Virus record (IMG/VR): IMGVR_UViG_3300013125_000006
Coordinates: 1-64,000 of that record
DNA from: a virus
Direction: 5' to 3' (one strand)
DNA: 64,000 bases
Shown: positions 60,801 to 64,000 of the stretch, piece by piece
Numbering within the stretch: position 1 is the first letter of the stretch
Layout: each line of letters opens with the position of its first letter
Notes under the pieces: generated by a model
Told to the model about the DNA's origin: nothing
What the model saw: only the letters and a program-made list of their open reading frames with translations
Database searches by the model: none
Translations under genes and position numbers: made by a program

Positions 60801-62731
60801 AAGGGTATTTCTCCGCATTGAGCAGTCATGACATGATTAAATAAGGCGGAATGATTTTTATTATCAGTTACACAATAAACATCACTATTTCCAATTAATT
60901 CTATAGATTCTATTTGAATAAATCTACTTGCATCTCTATTTGGATTTGCAATTAAAGGTATTCTATGAGTAATTAAACCTAATTCAATTAATTGTTTAAC
61001 ATAATAAGCAGAAATTACCAGTCTATAACAAGTTTGACAAGCATAAATTTCTCCTTTAATTTCTTTCTGCTGTTCTTCTTTAATAATACCAATAGTACTT
61101 CTAATACCCAAGGTTATTAACATAGATTTAACATTTGTTAAAAATTCTTTATTAATGGATGTTATTGCTAAAGATCCACCAGAATCATTTAATGTTCCAT
61201 CAGAATCTAATAAACCTGCCAACCATGCTAATCTAGTTTCTTTACAAACTTGAGTAGGAACAAAAGTCTTTAATGGAGACATTTGATTAACAATAATAGT
61301 TCTAATTTTATTATTAACTAAATCTAAAGTTCCATATTCTTTTACATTTAGATATGGGATTAAATCAATTTTTTCTCCATATAAATCTATAAAATACCTA
61401 GTATCTCTTCCTTTTTCTATGGAAATAGTGCCATCTCCTGCAAAAAATCCTTGAGTATATGCATTTTTATCTACACCATAAGAATCAGAAAATTCTATCA
61501 AGGGGTATACAAATTTAGACAATTTATCTCCAATTTTACAATCTTTTAATTGTTTTCTAATACCATCTTTTAAAATAAATTCATGATAATTGGTACAAGT
61601 TAAATCAGTACCATCAGAAAAAACAACTTTAAAAACTTGCTCATTATCAGAAGTTTGAAAGGGGGTTACTAAAGTCCATTCTTTGCCATTCCAAATTTCA
61701 ATTTCCTGATTAAGTAAAGTTACAATTGATTTAAATCCCTCTTTGGTTAATAAAGTTGTTTCTGGTGTAACACAAGGATTTGTAGATACAGCCCTAAATT
61801 TATCATAGACAGAAGCTGGATCATTTTCAATTATATTATCCCAGAATAATATTCCAGGTTCTGCGCTAGACCAAGCACAATGAATTATAGAATCCCACAA
61901 TTCTTTAGCTCTAACTTTTTTAATATATATTATTGAGTTATCTGTATGATCCTCAATATAAGTAAGTTCATTATAATTTACATTTAAATATTCTTCACTA
62001 AATATAGACAGGTCTTTCTCACAAGGCCATCTTAATATATAGTCTCTGTCATTTTCTACTGCATCCATAAAATCTTTAGAGATCCTAACAGATACATTAG
62101 CTCCTGTTACTTTAGTTAAATCCTGTTTAATTTTAATAAATTCAGGACTATCAGGATGTTTTATATCAATGCTCAACATTAATGCACCTCTTCTACCATC
62201 TTGACCAATAGTATTTGTTACCTGACTATAAAGTTCCATAAAAGGAACTACACCGCCTGTCGTTTTAGCAGCATTATTAACAAAAGCACCAGCAGGTCTA
62301 AGATTAGATAAATCAGTTCCATTGCCACCTCTTCTTTTATAAATTTCTGACATTTCTCTTGCAGTATCAAAAATTTGTTCTATGGAATCTCCTGTTTTAG
62401 TAACAAAACAATTTGATAGTGAAACAGGTTTTCCACTACCTATACCAGCTAGAACAGAACCTCCTGGAATGATATATTTAAAATCTTTAAATAAATCTAA
62501 GAAAGATTCATATCTATCTTTATTAGAAAGTCTTTCTCTACCATATTCACTTAATGATTTCCAGGCATAGTCAGTTAATTGTTCTGAATTTTTTTTAAAA
62601 TTATCTAGCCTTGCAAATTCAGAAGCTATTCTCCCAAAGAATTCATCCAATGTCTCTTTATTATGTTGATATTTAGATACCCAAGCATCATATGCTAAAT
62701 CATCCCCTAAAAAATAATTATTATTTTCCAT
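57803..62731 (-). CDS. nrdJ: Class II (adenosylcobalamin-dependent) ribonucleotide reductase with one intein and two group I introns; exons 62731-60246, 59936-59481, 58400-57803
   Basis: SLSNCF, RRGGNGTD, GRRGALM, EPG, TNP[intein]CGE, ST(I)APTGT, SGCEP, SISSTVN, KGITV|YRDGSR and a C-terminal Cys cluster. The spliced CDS is 3540 nt, in frame. Confidence 0.9.
58453..59268 (-). CDS. Intron-encoded LAGLIDADG homing endonuclease with N-terminal HTH, 271 aa (one TGA=Trp)
   Basis: LIGMLLGDGGL and LLWWYIGDGG motifs. Readthrough of the TGA at 58641-58639 gives the typical C-terminal IGECPVSCYKYKW, then TAG at 58453. Confidence 0.85.
59300..59307 (-). promoter_or_regulatory. Bacteroidota-type -7 promoter element (TATCTTTG) upstream of the RNR intron HEG
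   Basis: Matches TAnnTTTG about 32 nt upstream of ATG 59268. Confidence 0.55.
59937..60245 (-). mobile_element. Group I intron 1 in RNR (ORF-less, 309 nt)
   Basis: Core AATTGCTGGAA, AATCAGCAG, GTTCAGAGACTA and GATATAGTCC; P1 CCAT/GTGG. Removal restores WSTIAPTGT. Confidence 0.9.
60818..61774 (-). mobile_element. Intein (319 aa) with LAGLIDADG endonuclease at the RNR active-site NP|CGE
   Basis: Starts CVTPET, block B LTCTNYHEF, endonuclease motifs GFFAGDG and LAGLLDSDG, block F DVYCV; ends MTAQ before Cys+1. Confidence 0.9.
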
Positions 62732-62733
62732 TT

Positions 62734-63000
62734 TTATTCTTTCAGTATTTTATTTATTTCTTCCAACCAATTTGGGTTACTTTCAGACCATATTGCAGCA
62801 TATTCTTCTAAATTTTCATTTTCAAATACTATTAATGGAACAGCTTTTGTACCATGCCTAGTCATAATTGGAATCGCTTTCTTAAGATCTTTTAAATAAG
62901 TGATATTATATTTTTCAACATATATTTTTTCATCTATTTTATTTACAATATCTAATATAAAATCAACATCATCATCATAGATTACTTTAAGAATTTTCAT
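62734..63000 (-). CDS. Thioredoxin/glutaredoxin-fold-like protein lacking CxxC
   Basis: RHGTKAVPLIVF cis-Pro-like motif; immediately upstream of the RNR; contains no cysteine. Confidence 0.5.
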   Translation of the reverse strand: MKILKVIYDDDVDFILDIVNKIDEKIYVEKYNITYLKDLKKAIPIMTRHGTKAVPLIVFENENLEEYAAIWSESNPNWLEEINKILKE

Positions 63001-63023
63001 ATTAATTAATTACAATTATAGAT

Positions 63024-63362
63024 TTATTCATATACTGTAATTGTTCCCTGCTTTGGAAATACCTCAGTAATAAAGCCAGGATAATCAAATCCAGTGTATG
63101 GACTATAATTATATTTAGCTTCAAAATACTTATTATCACTGATCCTTTTAAAGACTGATAAATTAGTAGTATATCCCTTTTCTAAGTCAACATAAATTTT
63201 ATCTGAAATAATTGCAAAATCATCTGAAAAGTGATTTTTTATTTGATTTCCATTTAAGTCAAAATACTCATTATATATTTCTTCTGAGCAATTATCAAAA
63301 TAATACTCATTGATTAATGGCCCTATTTCAAATTCAGAAACTTTGATACGCTCTCTTTCCAT
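63024..63362 (-). CDS. Hypothetical protein
   Basis: ORF in operon. Confidence 0.6.
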   Translation of the reverse strand: MERERIKVSEFEIGPLINEYYFDNCSEEIYNEYFDLNGNQIKNHFSDDFAIISDKIYVDLEKGYTTNLSVFKRISDNKYFEAKYNYSPYTGFDYPGFITEVFPKQGTITVYE

Positions 63363-63419
63363 TATTATACTTTTAATAAACGATTAATAATCATAGTTTT
63401 TTCAAACTTTATCTTATTT

Positions 63420-63780
63420 TTAATAATTTTCTTCTTTTATCCATTTATATCCTTTATATATCTCATATCTTCCGTTATAACAATTTCTAATCATAGTAAT
63501 AGAATATCCTAATTCTTGATGTATTTCAACAGCACAACTCCATCTTTTAACTATATCTCCTTTTAAATCTAATTGTAAGATTGGAATAGATCTTGGGTTC
63601 TTTTCTAAAGTTTTTCCATACATGGAATTTCCCTCTCCTTTTCTAGATTCACTCATTTTCTTTCTAGTTTTCTCTGAAAATTTAATACCTACTATACCAT
63701 CTCCTCCATCAGTTGTATTATATCCAAATTGAGAATTAGTTGAATCAAATTTTTCGATAAATTCAACTTCTTTATCACAA
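63420..63780 (-). pseudogene. N-terminally truncated free-standing GIY-YIG homing endonuclease (NUMOD3/NUMOD1 C-terminal part)
   Basis: The frame upstream of the 63656 ATG reads CDKEVEFIEKFDSTNSQFGYNTTDGGDG, but no GIY/YIG motif or start codon occurs before an in-frame TAA. Confidence 0.6.
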
Positions 63781-63850
63781 ATTATAGATAATTTTATGAA
63801 AAAACTATATTTTGAAAAAATTATAACATTAAAGATATAAATGTGTTTTA

Positions 63851-64000
63851 TTAAATAATTCCTAGTAATCTTCCAATTAATAGGGTCTTTTCTGGTTTAT
63901 TAAGGATATCCTTTTTATCATCAGTAATAATTTGTGTAAAAGCATTATATACATCATATAAAGATGGATCTATTCCTTCTGGAATAAAATAACTGCTTTC
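63851..64000 (-). CDS. C-terminal fragment of a hypothetical protein (DUF932-like), partial
   Basis: Open frame ...LYDVYNAFTQIITDDKKDILNKPEKTLLIGRLLGII* running in from the window edge. Confidence 0.55.
   Translation of the reverse strand, partial: ESSYFIPEGIDPSLYDVYNAFTQIITDDKKDILNKPEKTLLIGRLLGII

Noticed and set aside
44578-62570. Plus-strand ORFs within the early block (44578, 45391, 46318, 51112, 54179, 54880, 55050, 55496, 59318, 62382)
   Set aside because: They are antisense to well-supported genes or introns.
1-64000. Suppressor tRNA, other tRNAs, or a diversity-generating retroelement
   Set aside because: No cloverleaf was found in the few intergenic gaps, and no reverse transcriptase or template/variable repeat pair was recognised by eye. 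tRNAscan-SE or ARAGORN should confirm.

Overview
AT-rich segment of a crAss-like (Crassvirales-type) phage genome, most likely infecting Bacteroidota, made of two convergent gene blocks that meet at a bidirectional terminator near 43.58 kb. The + strand block (1-43552) is the late/virion region and uses TGA as tryptophan. About 55-60 in-frame TGAs join the fragmented ORF track into 13 intact genes: two tail stabilization/muzzle-like genes, small cargo proteins, DUF192, and four giant virion-ejected proteins. Those four are an SF1-helicase-domain protein (~3070 aa), the virion RNA polymerase (~2980 aa, with its DFDID catalytic motif split by a group I intron), a zincin HExxH protein and a PD-(D/E)xK nuclease-domain protein. 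The - strand block (43598-64000) carries nucleotide-metabolism, replication and repair genes readable in the standard code: lysozyme, PNK, dNMP kinase, ThyX, RNA ligase, DNA ligase, dUTPase, a Dda-like helicase and class II RNR. The window contains five group I introns (four with homing endonucleases) and one intein. The most striking unexplained pattern is that the four giant proteins are almost cysteine-free, except for single Cys residues at the C-terminus of one protein and at residue 4 of the next, which suggests a head-to-tail disulfide chain of ejected cargo. All calls come from manual translation and motif recognition; no database searches were run.
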